Shown piece by piece: positions 1-12,597 of a DNA stretch of 64,000 nucleotides; within the stretch, counting starts at the first letter, position 1; the number at the start of each line of letters is the position of its first letter. The notes beneath the pieces were generated by a model. It searched no databases and was not told the origin of the DNA. It was given only the letters and a program-made list of their open reading frames with translations. The DNA is from Lepidodermella squamata (Eukaryota; Animalia; Gastrotricha): positions 2,232,001 to 2,296,000 of the forward strand of contig JBLDXI010000020.1 of the NCBI GenBank assembly GCA_047495785.1. The letters run 5' to 3'. The position numbers and the translations under genes are program-made.

Positions 1-1920
1 CGCGAATGTGATGTATAAACCATTCATTTTCTTCCAGCGAATATAAAATCTAAATTTGAGATAAAATTCATAAAATTTATTAAAAAAATTTAGAACGAGG
101 ATTCAGTGCGAGTAAAAAATTACGGAGGTTGAATAAGCGGGAGCTGGTTGGATAAAAATGTCAATCCTCGACCGATAAGAAACGGCGGAAGGCTTATTCA
201 TATAGAGAATTTCGATACACGCTAATAAAAATAGATTTTCACGCCAGCCATATTTTTTTTTATTAACTTAGTACCATTATAACAAATGAGAGGCAATTTA
301 TATATCTAAAACTACGAAATTTATCGAGAGTTATTTTGGTGGGAAATGAGCGGCCACTTCACATCTGAACGCCCACGATATTTAATTCGAAAAGAAGAAT
401 GATTTATCAGCGCGTTTTTTATTGTCACAACACCCTAGCGAGTAAACTACGAGGAAACACCTGAGGATTTTTATACTTGGCTACTGGCTTATTTTCTATT
501 ACTGTCGTAGCAAAAATGCGTCATATACATCGGCCGATATTTGAGTCGAGTTGCGCTCATATTTCAATTGCTAGCAACTTGAAACTGAAACCGTAAATTG
601 TGTACGTCACTAACTTGTTTTTTTTTTTAAGATCCCTAATGTAGCGTTTATGCGTCATTGCCCTGCGTGAAGGCGGTTCGTGAACTCCAGGGAATTATTT
701 AAGTGGCTATGTCGATCCTATACTGAAGTTCGAAACGTTTCGCCATAAAAAGTTCGAAAGCCAGCAAAATAATTCCGAGGCCTCACATTTGATCGTGAAA
801 ATTTTAATTTATAGGTGAAGTTTTTAATTAAAAAATATGCTTGTGATTATGTTATGCACATCTGATATTGAGGTTCAAGCAATACATTTTACCGATATCG
901 GATTTTTTCATTTCCTGATCAATTTTATTATTTTTCATTTTTTATCATTTTTTACTCTGCCTGGCACCTCAGGTATATAGAAACCTGTTCAATGATGTCC
1001 AATGTTGCATGCTGCAATTGTTGTTCAATGTTCCAATATTTGCTAATATTGGAAGAATCACCGATTTTTAAAATCGATACCGAAAATCGATATCGGCTCT
1101 GATCGCCGATTAATACACAAAAGTGAGATCTATCGGTTAGACGCGGCAATAAAAAATTGAGGCAGATCTAGTAACTCTAAATTTGTGAACATTTAGACTG
1201 CTGACCTAATTTTAGGGTGTCCACTCGGCGCACCCTAGTAAATTTTCTGAGATCGTGCGTTCACTTGCTCTTTTATTGAGCCGGTTATTTTCCCGCTATA
1301 AATGCACTCGATATTTTAATCGTCAATAAAATCAAATCAAGAGATAAATAAAAACCAAACCACAATAATGGGTATTGAGTGGAGTGAGTATAAACGAAGA
1401 TACTTTATATGGCCACGCCACCGAAAAATTGGAGTGTAATAGAAACGAAGAAGTTGGCCCGTTTTGGGCTAGAAAAAATAAACGTCGGCACGCTTGATTA
1501 CTTCACCATTCACAGATACAAAATGAAGCACATAGAATTTGTTTCGAAGAGCGCGAAGAGGAAATAATCGCATATAAGTTCAACGTCCATGTTAAACGCG
1601 TTACATTTCGCGCTTGTTATTGCAACCGCACCAGTGCCTAAAATCACGTCTACTATTGCTGATCGATTTATACTTCGATGTATAGGAATAATAAAGATAA
1701 CGCCGTGTGAAAATGATTATTTATTTTAACCAGTGCGCGCCAAGAGTTATAATAAGGCGCCAGGGTGCCTAGTTGGTACTGATGAAATCGGCGGGGTTAT
1801 ACACAACACTAATATCTCAACGCGAGATCTTAACACGTTTTTCAAGCTGAATAAAGACTAATAGCAGCTGTAACCCACGCGCAGTTTGTTAAATATGTAA
1901 CAATTTTTCGGAGGAATCAG

Positions 1921-4433
1921 GCAACAAAACTGGCAGCGTTAATTTTCGTAATTTTGTTGCTGGCAAGCTCACCTGTTCTCGCAGACCTCAACGGGAGTGC
2001 TCTTCAGTATAAAAATGTAAAAATTCTCAGATTTTTTTCCATTATTTTTTTTCAATTTGTAGCAATGTGAGGCCGGACGCTATGGTTGGCGGGTTGGTTG
2101 TCGATGCCGGTCCGCGGTATACGGACGAGCAGCGTTTGATTATGAAGCTGTTCAAGGGTTACGATCGGCTATCAAGGCCTGTTCGAAAAACAACTGATTG
2201 CGTCACGGTTAGCATGGGGCTTACAATTACGCAAATTTTCGAACTGGACGAGAAAAACCAGGTGGGGTTAATCATGCGTGTCAAGAGCTTATAATTACCA
2301 CCCAGGCTCTATTTTAGGTACTGATTACCAACGTTTGGCTGGATCAAGAGTGGTATGATGAATATCTTACTTGGAATCCGGCTGACTTCAACGGCCTTGA
2401 AATTGTGTAAGTTTTCGAATAAAATCCGATTTTAACGTTTTTATTTAATTTTAATTTAATTTTTTGAAAAGCCGAGCGCCGAGTTCTCGCTTATGGCTAC
2501 CAGGTAAGAATTAAACAACAAATATTTCGCTCATTCCTAATTTTTAAATTATTTTTTTTCAGATATTGTCTTGTACAACAAGTAAGTTGGCAAATTTACG
2601 ATTTTGTCCTACAAATTTTTTATTTATTTTTTTAAAGTGCTGCTGATTACGCGAATCGAGTTGTTGAAACCAGGGCTGTGATAGCTTACGACGGAATTGT
2701 GTATGAAAAATTTAATTTAATTTTCAAGAATTCCCGATTAATTACTATTAAATTCTTCGCAGATACTGGTCATTACCGACAAAGTAAGGATGGATGCTAC
2801 GGCTCGCTTACATTATTTATGCAAATTTTAATTACCAGGCTATTCAGCTCTTGTAAGATCGATGTCACGTGAGTTGAAAATCCTTAACCTATATTGCCGT
2901 ATTTCAATTAAATATCTCTAGATATTTTCCATTCGATGAACAAAACGTAAGGACACGCGTTCGACTGATGATTCATTTGACATTTTACCCGATTTTTCCT
3001 CCCAAAAAGTGCCGCATGAAATTTGGAAGTTGGACGTACGGTTAGTAGTCGATAGATTATTCTTCGATTCTTGACTAAATTACCCGATTTTCCAAGATGG
3101 TTTCAAGGTTAATCTAGTGAATCGAACTGAAACAGTCGACCTCAGCAACGTAAGTTGAAAATTTGATTTGTCCCTCAATTTAAATTGTAATTTTTTAGTA
3201 CGTTGCGAACGGTGAATGGGAGCTGGTCAGTGCTACGCAGGTTAGTTGAGGAAAATATATTTTTTATCCTAAAATCAATTTTCCGAAATAGGTGCGAAAT
3301 GTTGTTACCTACAGCTGTTGTGAAGAACCTTATCCTGACGTCACATTTTTTGTAATATTTCACCTATAAAATTTAAAAATTCAAGAAATTGTTTATACAG
3401 ATGGCCATCCGTCGTAAAACACTTTACTACGTTCATAACGTGTTTTTCCCATGCTTCATCATGAGCACACTCACCTTGTTAGTCTTCCTTCTACCGCCAG
3501 ATTCTGGCGAAAAATGCGCGGTAAGTTGCGAAAAAATTAAGGATTTTTTCTGCATTTCCCTCTATTTTTCAGCTTGGTATCACCGTTATGCTTGCTTTCG
3601 CTGTGTTCATGCAAGTTTCATCGCCTCAATTATTGAAAAATTTAGCTGAATTTGCGATATTTTAGGCTGAGTGTTATCGAAAAGTTGCCCGAAACATCGG
3701 AGGCTGTGCCGTTAATTTCAATTTATCTAACCGTTGTCATGTCCAGTAAGTTGGCCAGCTTTTCCCCTCTTAATTAATTTTTAATCACTCAAATCGATCA
3801 TAATGATTCGCACCGAAAAAAAATAATATTGTTATACATTTTTAGTGACATCGTTTTCCATCATTCTGACCGTTTGCATTCTGAATTTGCACCACAAAAC
3901 CGCTCGAAGTCTCGAAATGGGCCCGCGCGTTAAATGGCTTCTGAACAAGGTGTCCCTGTGGTGCTGTATTCAAACCGAAGATGCCTACTCCCAAGATCCT
4001 GAGAAGGACATTGAAGAGCTGGCTGATGGCGACCCAGAGGCGGCGGATTATTTGCGCCAAATCGCGGCAGGTGTCACCGAATTCGGCTCGGGATATTTTA
4101 GCGTTCATCAGGCTGTTAATTACCTGTCGGAGGATAAGCAATTAGTCGTTAATTTAGTCCGGCTATTGACGAGACATCGCGAGGAGGAAAAAACGGAAGA
4201 GATCATACGAGATTGGCGAAGACTAGCGTAATTTTGACAGATTTTTCGGGAATTTTTATTTAATTTTTTCTAATTTTTTCAGGCAAGTTATTGACCGATG
4301 TAAGTTTTTTTAATATTATCTTTAATTAATTTAAATTTTATTTTTTTCAGGCATGTTCTGGTTCTTCCTAGTTCTGATCCTGTTTTTCACAATTTTTATT
4401 CTCGTCATCGCCCCAACTTTCAAAGTTCTTTGA
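1921..4433 (+). CDS. Nicotinic acetylcholine receptor alpha-type subunit (nAChR-1), about 19 visible coding exons; start codon not located
   Basis: Hand-spliced product has a signal-like [21 protein letters not shown] and [21 protein letters not shown]. It has Cys-loop [15 protein letters not shown], loop B GSWTY and loop [10 protein letters not shown]1 is followed by [27 protein letters not shown] (M2), M3 and M4, with TGA at 4431-4433. Introns are GT-AG, mostly 49-65 nt, plus one GC-AG intron (3611-3665). Confidence 0.95.
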
Positions 4434-4675
4434 CATTATGTTGCACCCTTTTAGCAGCAATCGAGTCGGATTATTTGATAATAAAAATAGCCTTAGCCGC
4501 GCGATGCGTTATTTATTGTTTGTTTGAGTATCAATAAAATAGCAATAAAACAGCAATCGATCTGCAATAAATTATTATTGCCTCCACCTTAATAAATGCG
4601 CGTAATTGATACCAGATCCCACTCACTTTCCTATCTCTCACGAGCAAAAGAGAAACACTCAAATTATTTTGCTCA

Positions 4676-6955
4676 ATGATTTTCTCGGCAATTTTCGGTC
4701 TTCTTATTTTGCGGGGTCACGTGACCTTTGGCGCCAGTCGAGGCGCCACCCCGCGGCCGTATAAATTTCACATGAATACTTTACACGCGTATGAAATTTC
4801 GAATGACACGTCGAGGATGACGGATGAGCAGAGGATAGTTGATAGTTTGTTCAGACCTGGCCGCTACAACCCAGAAGTTCGGCCGGTTCACAAGTTTGGA
4901 AACAGGATCAACGTTACTATCGGTTTGACGCTGGCGCAACTTTTCGATGTCATCGAACGCGATCAAACTCTTGTTTCCAGCGTATGGCTTGAGTTGGTAG
5001 GCACAAGTCACGTGACTTTTTCCTCGAAGTTTTAGTGGAAAATGATGAATTAGGAGACTTTATATTATAGATTCGAACATTTTTACCAATAAACTTGAAT
5101 TCCAGCGCTAAATTTACGCACTTGCAAAAAATGCTAAGAAATTTAATTATTTTAACTTAGGAATGGGTCGATGATCTCATTGGCTGGAATCCAGCTGATT
5201 ACAGGTAATTTTGACTCCACCTGAATCAACTTCAAAATTATACCATCATTTATTCAAGTGGTCTTACGACGATACGAATACCTGGGTAAAAATCTGTTGA
5301 ATCATTCAAAAAAATAGTTAGTGAAAAAAACATTCTAGGTCGAAAATTTGGACGCCCGATATAATGCTATACAACACGTACGTGAGAAATTCGATTGGGA
5401 AAATCAGTTCAGATGCTCAAAAAATGAATTGAATTCTCAACAGGGCGATTGATTTCAAGAAACCAATCAGCGACTACCGAGCAATGGTTTCTTATGATGG
5501 TGCAATTTTTTACAGCTCACCAGGTTTGAAAAACAAAACCATTTTTAGAATAAAGCTAATTAATCAATTCCTGAAGCAAAACTTTACAGGTAGGATTTGC
5601 AAAACCTTTATCCAAGGTTGACAGTCAATGAATCCTATTGACAGCTTTTGTCATATCGAAAATACATTTTTTCCGAGCGACGAGCAGGTATAATTTCTAT
5701 TTTTTGTTGAATTTCGAATAACTTTTTTCCCATCTTCATTTTGCAGACTTGTTACCTGAAAGTTAACAAATTCATTTCTTTTGCGAAAAAATCAACTCAA
5801 TTTCTCAATTTCTAATCAAGTTTGGATCGTGGACGTACGATAACACCAAACTGGACATTACGAATCGCTCAGCGGAAGTTGACCTACAGTATTATGTACG
5901 TATTTTTGACGCCTACCTATATTAGAAAAAATTACCTGAATTCATAGATTCCGAACGGAGAATGGGATTTATTGCAAACGAACATCGTAAGTCTTGAATG
6001 ATAATTCAAAGAAATATTCAAATAATATTTCGAATTCAGAAGAAAAGCCTGACAAAATATTCCTGCTGTCCGGACTTTTATTCAGACTTGACTTTTGGGG
6101 TTAGTTGCCTACTCGTTTGTACCTCAAATTCTCCCAGTATTAAAACATTTTAATTTGATTTGCAAGATTCGGATCAAAAGGAGAACGCTCTATTTCATCT
6201 ACAGCATTTTCCACCCATGCGTAGCCGTTTCACTGTTTTGCCTCATGGTATTTTGCCTGCCCCCCGAAAGCGGAGAAAAATGCGCGTTCGGCATAACTGT
6301 TATGCTTACAGCTACAGGTAAAATCCTGCTAATTTTTTCGATTAATTTCTAACAATTAATTTTTTCAGTTTTAATCTTCAATATATCTGATAAGCTGCCG
6401 AAAACCTCTGAGAGTGTCCCACTGATCTCGATCTACCTGACATCTCTCTTAGGAACAGCTTCCGCCTCGACCTGTTTCACGGTTATGGTTATGCATTTTC
6501 ACCTGAAGCAACAGGCCCAGCGTAAAATCAAACACCCACCAGCTGTTTTACAGTTTATCCTAGACAAATTGACAACAGTCACCCTGCTAAGCACGATTTG
6601 CTGCTACGGCAAGCAATGTGATGACGACAGCGATGAAGAAAGTGTTGAAAATCAATCGCTGTTCGATCGATATGGACACACGGCTGATGAGGCGATTTAC
6701 GCGGATTTAACGGCTTACTACCGCAATTTGTCTTCGATTGCTGAACACCGGCAGTTGATTGAGATGATACACCGGCTGGTCAGCGCCATGCGGGAGGATG
6801 TCGACCGGCAGGCGAGTGTTGAGAAGTGGCAAATGTTGGCGCAAATGCTGGATAAAATTCTACTGTGGATATTTTCGGGTTGCACGATTGGTCTAGCCAT
6901 CTTCTTGGTCATAGCACCGCCTAAAGGACCGCATGATAACGACGATGATTGGTAG
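4676..6955 (+). CDS. Nicotinic acetylcholine receptor alpha-type subunit (nAChR-2), multi-exon
   Basis: Motifs TDEQRIVDSLF..YNPEVRPV, IWTPDIMLYN, Cys-loop CHIENTFFPSDEQTC, GSWTY, YSCCPDFY and PPESGEKCAFGITVMLTATVLIF. M4 is LDKILLWIFSGCTIGLAIFLVIAP, stop at 6953-6955. Confidence 0.93.
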
Positions 6956-7065
6956 ACTATAGGTATTATAAGCAAATTAATTCTATGAATTGATTAAATC
7001 ATTCAATAAAAAGTGTGTGTATTCGTAGTGGAACTTGACCCAATTTTGGACAACAAATATAATAT

Positions 7066-7545
7066 TACAGCGTGTCCCAGAAGGTGCGCATCCATTTTCA
7101 AATTTTGCAAATTTTTGTAGGAAGTCAAATTATTTTATTTTCAATTAAACCTACCGAGAGAAAATTCCATCTGTTTTCCGCGATTTAACCGACGAAATGA
7201 AAAATTTACCGGAGAAAACCCCGATGGTAACTGGTTCGGTAATTTTCGGTATTATACCCGGTTGAAACAAATTTCTCCGGACTTTTTTATCCCATTAACA
7301 AAAGTGACATACAGCGTGTCCTAAAGGTTGCGCAACTATTTTTCAATTTGGCAACTTTCTGTAGGAAATTGAAATAAATTTATTAAATTTAACCTACCGA
7401 GAGAATATTCCATCTTTTATCCACGATTTAAAACCGAAGAAATGAAAAATTTACGGAGAAAACCCGGAAAATCCCGATGGTAACTGGTTCGGTAATTTTC
7501 GGTATTTTAACCTGTTGGACAAAATTTCTCCGGACGACTTTATTA
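7066..7545. repeat. Two tandem partial copies of a Tc1/mariner-like MITE end
   Basis: Both copies start tacagcgtgtcc (7066, ~7310) and share acctaccgagag and cccgatggtaactggttcggtaattttcggtatt. They match the reverse complement of 13150-13357. Confidence 0.75.
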
Positions 7546-8301
7546 ATCCTTTTAACAACTGGCATACTTGATTACCATTGTCGTAATTTTTTGAATTTTT
7601 CTAAATATTTTCTGGCCGTTAGATGTGAATTGGTCTCTCATTTTAGAGTTTCTGAACCCTTTTCTGTGTATTTTCTTTGCCTGCGTTACTTATGGAATAC
7701 GCTGTACTTATTTGATTCTGAATTGAGTGCGGAACCAAATTTTCCAAAAATGCCCCAATTATCAGAATTTTTATCCAGGAATAACTAAGAAGACTAATTA
7801 AATTAAGAGCCAACTTGAATCATTGGATTCCTTGCTAACTCCGGCCAAGGGCCTTGGCACCTTGACATTGGTTTGGATTTTTCACAATGTTCTGATATTT
7901 AATTAGCAATTATATCATAGAGAACGGAGTGAAAAAATATCCTGAAATTTTTGTCCGCTTCCGCTAAAAGATATTTGGTCTAATTTCATTAAATTTTCAC
8001 TGTTCAGTCTGTTTAGTGTCGTAAAAAATAGCAAAAAATTTGAGGATTTTTTACCTGCTTTTTTACCTGTTTGCTCGTTTTTATTCACAGCCTGGTTCAA
8101 GGCACGCATTTTTGACTGAAACTAGATTCAGACTAGTTGGACATTAATATCGTGTTAATGTTAAACATAGCGAAACCTCAAGGTGTTCAAATATACAACA
8201 TATGTTACTACGACTGTATTCATTCAACAATTTTCGCTCCTTTGAGCAAGGAAGACTTTCTTTAGTAAAAATTCTCTTGTGATTCATTAGCCGCTTGAAA
8301 G

Positions 8302-9415
8302 ATGCTTAAGTTGATTCGAATTTACAATCTGAACCTGCCGTTAATTCGGAAATTAACAGCAGCGTCTGCAAATTCAAGATTCCTGCCACCCGATTTCGCA
8401 GAAAAATTCAACGAAAAAGGCATTGCAGTTGTTGAAAATTTTCTCAACCGCGAGCAAGTTGAAGAGATGCGGCGTGACGTGGCTCAGGTCGTTGATTCGT
8501 TCGATATCAACTCGCATCGCAGTGTTTTCGATACGTACAGCCAAAACCACGCTAGCAAGGACGATTTTTTCATTAAAAGTGCCGATACTATGCAGTATTT
8601 TCTGGAAAAAGACGCGTTGGATGAGAAGGGAAATTTAAAGGTGGAGAAAGCTCGAGCGATCAACAAAGTTGGACACGGTCTTCATTTACTACGGCCAACT
8701 TTCAAGAACAATACTTTCACGCCAAAAGCCCAGGTAGAAATTTTGTTATTTTTTTTTAATTTAAAAATTTGAAATATAAAATTGAATAAAATTGAATTTT
8801 TTTATTTTTTGAAAATATTAAGGCGGATTTATTTTTTATTTTTAAGGAAATAGGTCGTGCCTTGGGATTTAAGCACCCTGCTGTTGCTCAATCGATGTAC
8901 ATTTTCAAGCAGCCGCTCATCGGCGATGAGGTCGGTCCGCATCAGGACGCTACATTTTTGTACGTGAACCCACCTGATCGACTTTTCGGTATCTGGATAG
9001 CGTTACATGATGCGAATCGAACAAATGGCTGTTTGTGGTACGCGCCGGGTTCGCACAAGCTGGGCCTAATTGATAACACTCGTTTCGTGAGAGAGGTGGA
9101 TCCGGCGACTAATGAGGTCAAGTTGAAGTTCAACGGACCGTGGCCGATGCGTGACATGGATAAAATGCATTTTGAACCGGCTGAAGTCAAAACTGGCAGT
9201 GCGGTTATAATTCACGGATTGGTGATTCATAAAAGGTAGATTAATTTTTCATTTCCTATAAATTTAAATGGAATTTCTCTATTTTCAGTGCGAAAAACTT
9301 GTCGAACAAGCCGCGAAACGCCTATGCGGTTCATATTGTTGAAAGCGATGGCATCGAATGGGACAACAAAAATTGGCTCCAACCAACCTCGGGAAAATTT
9401 GTTACGCTCTATTGA
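8302..9415 (+). CDS. PHYHD1: Phytanoyl-CoA dioxygenase domain-containing protein 1 (PhyH family Fe/2OG dioxygenase), 3 exons
   Basis: Motifs INKVGHGLH, QSMYIFKQPLIGDEVGPHQDATFLY (HxD), GIWIALHDA..NGCLWYAPGSH, HGLVIHKS..N.S..PRNAYAVHIVE and NWLQPT. Exons ~8302-8733, ~8847-9235, ~9289-9415. Confidence 0.93.
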
Positions 9416-9462
9416 GTTCGATTTTTTTATTGAAAGCGAATAAAATAATTTAAAACGAAGTC

Positions 9463-12400
9463 TTATGGTATAGCAATGCTTGTTGCGAAAATGCGCTCAT
9501 TCGGGACAATGACGAGCAGGAACATGGTGTAGAAGGTGAAAATGCCGAGCAGGAGCCAGTAGAGACATCGATCGCAAAATTGAGCCAATCGGCGCCAGTC
9601 GTTGTTGTGTTTCTGGGCAAAAAGAAAATATGATAGAAAACTTCATAAGGGAAACACCCTAAATTTAAGGTTCCAGAACTCGATTAAAGGCTCAGGAACT
9701 AGATTTCCGAATTTCATGTCTTCTTTAAAATATTGATTTTTTTTATAAAATATAAAAAAAAAATTAAAAATTAAATTAATTTCCAAGCTGGCTTTCTAAC
9801 CTGCCGATATCGGAAAAATCATTGATTTGTGAAATCGATAATGAAAATCGATATCGACTTTGGAGGCTGAAGTAGCTCGTAAACTAATACGCTAACTACA
9901 GGATAGAATCTAACCGATAGATTGCCTAACCGATGATGAGCTGCTTCAGCCTTCAAAGTCGATATCGATTTTCATTATCGATTTCACACATCAGTGATTT
10001 TTCCGATATCGGCAGATTAGAAAGCCAGCTTGGAAAATTATTCCACACATCTAAAGTTATTTGTTTGCTAACTAAAAAATATAGGGTGATTAGTGATTAG
10101 GACAAATTTTGAGCAGCGCCACTTAAATTTAGGGCTGGAACCTTTCATGCCCATTTCAAGAACCCTAAGAACCTAAGAACCCTACTCGAAAATGTGCGGA
10201 ATTTTTCATCGGAAAAGACCCCAAAAGCTCAATTGAAACCACAATGGAACAACAAGGTTACTCGAAAATTGGGATACGTAAAAGGTCCTTACATTGCTTT
10301 CCTCAGTCTCCTTTTGCCTGTCCAAAATGCGATTAAGACCCTTAACCACGCGTTGGTATGTTTTATCGAAGTCCGTATTTTTCTTGTTGCCAAAAGCTTG
10401 ACGAGCGCAGTCTAGATCGTCCACCATTTCGTCGCCGAGGCGGCGCATGAATTCACCGATTCGCAAATCAAGCGCCTCGATCGATTTCGGAATAATCGGC
10501 TCGTCATGCACGCAACAAACCGGCGCGATTCGGTTCAAAAATCGGCGCAAGAATCGAGGCACGGGACGGCTTCGGCTGGTTTTGTAATTCAGGCGTAGCA
10601 CGAAGACTGAAATGCAAACTGTTACGGCTGTTGTTGACATGACAGCGGTGAGGTAGAGGCTGATTAAGGGAAAGGATTCGCTGGTATCAGGCAGTTTTTC
10701 GATGACTGATAGCATGAACACGGCGAATGACAGCATAATCGTAATTCCTTTGAAAATTAAACACATCTAAACCAGGAATTTGGGTTAATCCAAGTCGGAA
10801 TTACCAAGTCCTGAAAAAAATAAGAAAATTCATGAAAAAATTCAATTTTTCTCAAATAAATTACCGCATTTTTCGCCAGATTCTGCTGGTAGAAGAAACA
10901 CAAGAATTGTGAGCCCTGAAAATTAAATAAATATAATTTAAAGGTACCAAAATTTCTGAAATAATTTACCTGACATGAGGAAACACGGCAAGAAAACATT
11001 GATCAAATAGTACAGTCCCTTTCTTCGAATATGGATCTGAAAATTCGAGAATAATTTAAGATTTTATTTCTTCAAGAAATTCCTTTACCAAGAACGTGAC
11101 GTCTGGGTAAGGCTCCACTGCAAAAATGGTAAAAGATTTTACAAGCAAATTCTTAAAAAATCAGGAAAAATTACAGCAGCATGTGTAGACTACAACATTT
11201 CTGCGCTGTTCAGCACTGATCAAGTCCCATTCACCGTTTGGGATGTAAAACGCTAAATCGGCCGTAGTTGAGCTGTTGATTAAATCGATTTTGAAACCAT
11301 CATGCTAGAAAAAAGTTGAATTTGTTTGCTGAAAATTGATTAAGGTGGGGAACTTACTGTCCAGCTCCCAAATTTCATCCTATAATATTTTCGAAAAATC
11401 AGCAACATTTAAATAATTAGGAGTATAACTTACTTGCAAATTTGCTCATCGAATGGGAAATACCTGGGTTTGATTATAGGAATATTCAACCTAGAAGCTA
11501 GGAAAAATATAAAAACTCACGTGACATCGATTTTACAACTGCTAGAAAGTTTGGAAGGCACTGACCAAAATACCAAGCCTAAAATGAATCGAAAATGTTG
11601 GTATTAGGAAAATTGAATATCGTCATTTTTTCACCATTCGAAGCGACCATAGCCCGACTGTTGAAGCCTTCATTCGGCGAGAAATCAGCAGCACTTATAA
11701 GGATAATCAAGGTTAATTTGACAAATTTAACAAAAAACTTCTCACTTGTTGTATAGGACAATATCTGGAAAATTAATTATAAAATTAGGTTTGATAGTAA
11801 TGGTAGTTAAATTACCTGGCAACCACATTTTCCACGATACAATTCGAACAACTTCCAAATCTGAGTAGTTTTTCGGTTCCCAGGTCAAATATTCATCGAC
11901 CTATTAAAAATTAGTCAATTTGTCGTAGTTAATTTGAAAAGCTATTTTATACCCATTCGAAATTGACCCAGGCATCGATGATAAGGACTTGATTTTTTTC
12001 GTCCAACTCAAAAATTTGTCGAATCGTTAAACTCATGCTGATAACAACAGGATCGTTGTTATTGAAAACCGGCCGAGAATGGCGGTCGTAGCTTCGAAAC
12101 AGCTTATTCATCAGCCTCTGTTCGTCTGTTAAGCGAACTAAACGTCGCCCCGACTGGCCGGGTCGGAGGGATGACGGCGCCAGGGTGGCCCGGGTGCTGG
12201 GCGCTGGGGTCAGACTGACAACAGTCGTCTCATTTTCATAGCCAAAACTTGACGCCAACGTTGACTCGGCCTCAATTTTCGACACCGATATCGGCGTGAT
12301 TTCCTCAGTTTGAGTGAAGTAAGTCTCAGCCTTGGAAGATGCTAGAAGGCGTGACTTCGACATCAAAGCATCGCCAGGTGATGAGCGCGTAAATTCAGGG

Positions 12401-12597
12401 CTGATTTCAGTCGGAACTTGGCTGCCGAAACTCACAGCCTGTGTTGCAATCGATGAATCAAAACTTGCGACATTATGGCCAGTTTTATTCCGCTGACTCG
12501 TTACATTCCTCCAACCTGTTGCCGACACGCTGATAACAGCGGAAGATGGGCTGAATAAGGTGGTTAAAATAGCTAATAATATGGTTAGCGATTTCAT
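9463..12597 (-). CDS. Nicotinic acetylcholine receptor alpha-type subunit (nAChR-3) with long Ser/Thr-rich N-terminal extension
   Basis: Signal peptide MKSLTILLAILTTLFSPSSA, ~135 aa S/T-rich linker, then TDEQRLMNKLFRSYDRHSRPV. Contains [55 protein letters not shown] and M4 DRCLYWLLLGIFTFYTMFLLVIVP. TAA at 9465-9463. Confidence 0.95.
9777..10040. mobile_element. Palindromic MITE/foldback in the last intron of nAChR-3
   Basis: ~100-bp near-perfect inverted arms, ttccaagctggctttctaacctgccgatatcggaaaaatca... and ...tgatttttccgatatcggcagattagaaagccagcttggaa. The core motif recurs at ~29880, ~36015 and ~39500. Confidence 0.8.

Noticed and set aside
1895-1913. 17-nt intron (AT|gtaacaatttttcggag|G) that would create an ATG for nAChR-1
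   Set aside because: It gives an in-frame MNQATKL start but is far shorter than every other intron here (~49 nt or more), so it is unsupported without cDNA.
3842-4141. Antisense and alternative-frame ORFs over real genes (also 6718-6975, 28708-29046, 31700-32005, 59521-59826 and others)
   Set aside because: They are shadows of coding exons on the other strand or frame and have no recognisable motifs.
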